Assembly (NCBI GenBank): GCA_963778655.1
Contig: CAVZVA010000005.1
Location: 576,001-640,000, forward strand
Direction of reading: 5' to 3'
Length of the DNA stretch: 64,000 nt
From: an uncultured delta proteobacterium
GTDB lineage: Bacteria > Myxococcota_A > Polyangia > Polyangiales > JAFGIB01
In this document: positions 61,320-64,000 of the stretch, piece after piece
Layout of the letters: every line of letters starts with the position of its first letter
Numbering within the stretch: position 1 is the stretch's first letter
Position numbers and translations under genes: made by a program
The notes under the pieces: generated by a model
Seen by the model: only the letters and a program-made list of their open reading frames with translations
Databases searched by the model: none
What the model was told of the DNA's origin: nothing

Positions 61320-61976
61320 CTACTCGGCCGCCTCGGGCCGGCTGCTGGCGTGCTTGACGCTGAGCATGTGCGAGATCACCAGGCTCCCGAGCGAGTTGCC
61401 GCGTCCGATGCGCACCTTGATCAAGCGCTGGAAGTAGTTGAAGGCCGCGACTGCGGGAATCGCCACCAGGATGCCGATCGCGGTGGCGACCAGCGCCTCG
61501 CCGATGTCCGCCATCAAGCCGGCGGTCACCTTGCCCTGGCTCTGGTCGAGGCTGTGAAAGGAGCGGATGATGCCGATCACCGTGCCGAGCAGCCCCACGA
61601 ACGGCGCGTTGGCGCCGACCGTGCCCAGGAACGCGAGGTTGCGCTCCATATGAAGGCGCGCGATCTGCTGCTCGCCGTGCATCCGCTCGGTCGCGGCCTC
61701 GACGCCGTCGTCGGCCGAGTCCAGCGCGGCGGCTGCGACCATGGCCTCGAACGAGCGCGATTGCTGCAGGCGCCGCGCGGCTTCGCTCAGCCGCCCGTGG
61801 CGCAGGTGCTCGAGCAGGTCGGCTCGCAGCTTGTCGATGTCGTCGCGGGTGGCGGCGAAGAAGTACACCCGTTCCAGCATGATGGCCAGGCCCACGATCG
61901 AAAGCCCCACGAGCAACCACATGACCCAAGTGGCCCCGAGCATGGCGAACGCGGTGAGGCGTTCCTGAATGTTCAT
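61320..61976 (-). CDS. exbB: ExbB/TolQ/MotA family proton channel
   Basis: APFVGLLGTVIGI and IGEALVATAIGILVAIPA motifs. Confidence 0.92.
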   Translation of the reverse strand: MNIQERLTAFAMLGATWVMWLLVGLSIVGLAIMLERVYFFAATRDDIDKLRADLLEHLRHGRLSEAARRLQQSRSFEAMVAAAALDSADDGVEAATERMHGEQQIARLHMERNLAFLGTVGANAPFVGLLGTVIGIIRSFHSLDQSQGKVTAGLMADIGEALVATAIGILVAIPAVAAFNYFQRLIKVRIGRGNSLGSLVISHMLSVKHASSRPEAAE

Positions 61977-62105
61977 TGCTTCTCCAGTGCTGCTGCTACG
62001 GCGCCGAAAATTGGCGCTCGGTGCCCAAGGTTTACGCAACCCTCAGCCCGCGGCAAGTATGCACTGTCTGATACGTCGGGCGAGGGCGCGGTCATTTTGT
62101 CACGG

Positions 62106-63185
62106 TCACGGCGCGGCCACGGCGTCGGGCTCGGTGGCCGCGTCGCTTTCGTCGGAGTCCGGCTTGAGCAGCTCGCGCAAGACCACGGTCGCGTAGGCGC
62201 CTTTGGGCAAGCTGAAAGCAAGCTCGATGCCTGCGTCGAACGCTTGTACCGTCAGCTCGCTCGCGCGTACCCGCGCCACCCTGCGCGTGCCTGGCAACAA
62301 GCTGCGCAGTCGGGCTAGGGTCGCGTCGGGCAGGCCGGCGCGCGCCCACAACGCCCGCTCGGTCTCCAGCGCCACCTGATCCGGCCAGCGCATCTTGGCA
62401 CCGAAGATGGGGCCGGTCGGGCTGATCTCCCAGCGCTCCAGGCGCGCGCGCGCATCCTCCATATCGCTAGCGACGAACAAGCCGCCGCTGTCCTCCTTGC
62501 GCATCAGGTCGCCGAGCAGTGGTCTGTGCAGGCTGTCCTCTCGGACCCGGGCGGCCAGCCACGCGTTGAACCAGGAGGCTTGCAGCGCCGAGGCCAGCAG
62601 CTTCTTGTCGAAGCGGCCGTGAGGCGGCCGGCCGCCCTCGACCAGCCAGGCGCGGGCCCTGCGCAGGTTGCTCGCGTCCCGGCCGAAGCGCTGCTCGCCG
62701 TAGTAGTTCGGCGTGCCTCGCTCGACCAGCTCCGAAAGCAGCGTGCGCGTCGTCTCCAGCCCGGCTTGGGGGCCGCGGACCCGAATCCGAAAGCGGTTGC
62801 CGCGCAGGTGCCCTGTCCGAATCTTGTGAGGGTGACGGACCGCTTCGAGCACGCGGATTCCAGGCAATGCAAGCGCGCGCGCACGCTCGGGATCCGCGCC
62901 GAAGAAGCTGGCCCATTGCATGGTCACCGCGCGTCAATCCTTGAGCCCTGCCCAGCCGGCTTGGGCGGGGTCCACGCCGAGGCCGCGCGCCAAGCGGGCA
63001 ACCGCCTCTGGCGTGTTCAGGTCGGTCTTCTCGAAACACACGAACAGGTGCTCGCCGTGTCCGGCGGGGGCGTATGCGGGGATCTCCCAAACCGCGAAAT
63101 CCTCCGGCAGTGCCCGAATTTTTCCGAGTACTCTCAGCGATTTGGCTGTAGCATAGGGCAGTCGTTCAGAGTCGTCTGTGGACAT
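62106..63185 (-). pseudogene. truD: tRNA pseudouridine(13) synthase TruD interrupted by an in-frame TGA at 62934-62936
   Basis: PEDFAVWE, GEHL, AGLKD*RAVTMQW, GHLRGNRF, NYYGEQRFG and FSLPKGAYAT all in one frame. Confidence 0.85.
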
Positions 63186-63370
63186 GGCCTCACTCCGACA
63201 GCGTTCCTTTATCTCAGCCGGAGCCGGCATACGAGTCGATAGAATCGATTCGAGCACGCATCCGCACGCAGCTCTCGCCGCGCCACGGCGCGAGCTGTTT
63301 GCGCGCTGCTCGGCGGGTCGAGGCACGCCGATCTCGAGCGCAACGCGCGTGCGCGTGTAGCAGGGACATC

Positions 63371-64000
63371 GTGGACCGTAGGGAGCGCGTCGAAGCCGAA
63401 AGCTCGAGGTTGATGGAAGCGGGCGTGGCGGGCCAAGCCTTTCCCGGTGGGGTGGCGTGCGTCTCGTGGCGCGAAGGCGACGAGGTAGTCTACGTGGATG
63501 TCGCGGCCGGACGCCTGCGCGCCGGCGAGCCCGAGGTCCGGGCCGGCACGCCGTATGACCTGGCGTCGATCACCAAGCCGGTGGTGGCGATGACGGCCCT
63601 GCGGTTGGTGGCTGCGGGCAAGCTGGCGCTCGACACCCGGACCGATACGGTGGTCAGCGACGTGCGCGGCGGCGTGGGCGGGGTCGCGACCCTGGAGGCG
63701 CTGCTCAGCCACCGCGCGGGGCTGGCCGCTTGGGGCGGATTGTACCTGGACGTGCCCCACGATGCGGGCAGCGCCGCGGCCCGGCGCTGGATCCTGAGCG
63801 AAGCCTCACGTCGTCCGGCCGAGGGCGAGGTCCAGGGCGTGCTCTACAGCGACCTCGGCTACCTGATCGCGGGCGAGGTGATCGCCCGAATCGCGGGCGA
63901 CAAGCTGGACAAGGTGGTCGCACGCGCGGTCACCGAGCCGCTGGGCATCAGCCGCGAGCTGTTTTATCCGGCCGCGCTGCCGCCCGACCGGCGCGCCCAG
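63371..64000 (+). CDS. Serine hydrolase of the beta-lactamase family (partial, runs off the window end)
   Basis: Manual translation: FPGG, YDLASITK (SxxK), LLSHRAGL and YSDLGY; GTG start after AGGGA. Confidence 0.85.
   Translation, partial: MDRRERVEAESSRLMEAGVAGQAFPGGVACVSWREGDEVVYVDVAAGRLRAGEPEVRAGTPYDLASITKPVVAMTALRLVAAGKLALDTRTDTVVSDVRGGVGGVATLEALLSHRAGLAAWGGLYLDVPHDAGSAAARRWILSEASRRPAEGEVQGVLYSDLGYLIAGEVIARIAGDKLDKVVARAVTEPLGISRELFYPAALPPDRRAQ

Noticed and set aside
60111..61976. AglRQS gliding motor
   Set aside because: Only one TolR/ExbD-like gene is present and it is followed by TonB; AglRQS has two TolR-like subunits.
62934..62936. Genome-wide reassignment of TGA
   Set aside because: TGA ends many well-defined genes here (tatA, mtnD, sodB, MBOAT, psd) at their expected C-termini.

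Overview
High-GC chromosomal window (roughly 70% by eye). Gene content points to a myxobacterium (Myxococcota, probably Polyangia-like): a FrzS/AglZ-type pseudo-receiver, Cys-rich lipoproteins, a PEGA Ser/Thr kinase, a TSP3 beta-barrel and myxobacterial ECF modules. About 60 CDS are called. They include housekeeping and metabolic genes (acnA, tatA, mtnB/mtnD, rpiB, sodB, lexA, crcB, glnB, psd, exbB/exbD/tonB, truD), a VKOR-DsbA/OmpA-like/TlpA operon, an MBOAT plus two-SGNH O-acetylation locus, two ECF sigma/anti-sigma modules and a DUF3570/DUF4266 locus. No rRNA, tRNA, CRISPR array, transposase or phage gene was seen. Most notable: (1) an apparently intact eukaryote-type bifunctional 6-phosphofructo-2-kinase/fructose-2,6-bisphosphatase at the end of an acyl-CoA dehydrogenase/APH-kinase (ACAD10/11, LvaA/LvaC-like) gene run; (2) an in-frame TGA right after the catalytic Asp codon of truD; (3) a 171-bp MITE-like element with perfect 24-bp CTAG-ended inverted repeats; (4) a dispersed GAAG/CTTC palindromic repeat family. 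All calls come from motif recognition by eye and from memory; no database searches were run, and start codons were chosen from RBS and context.
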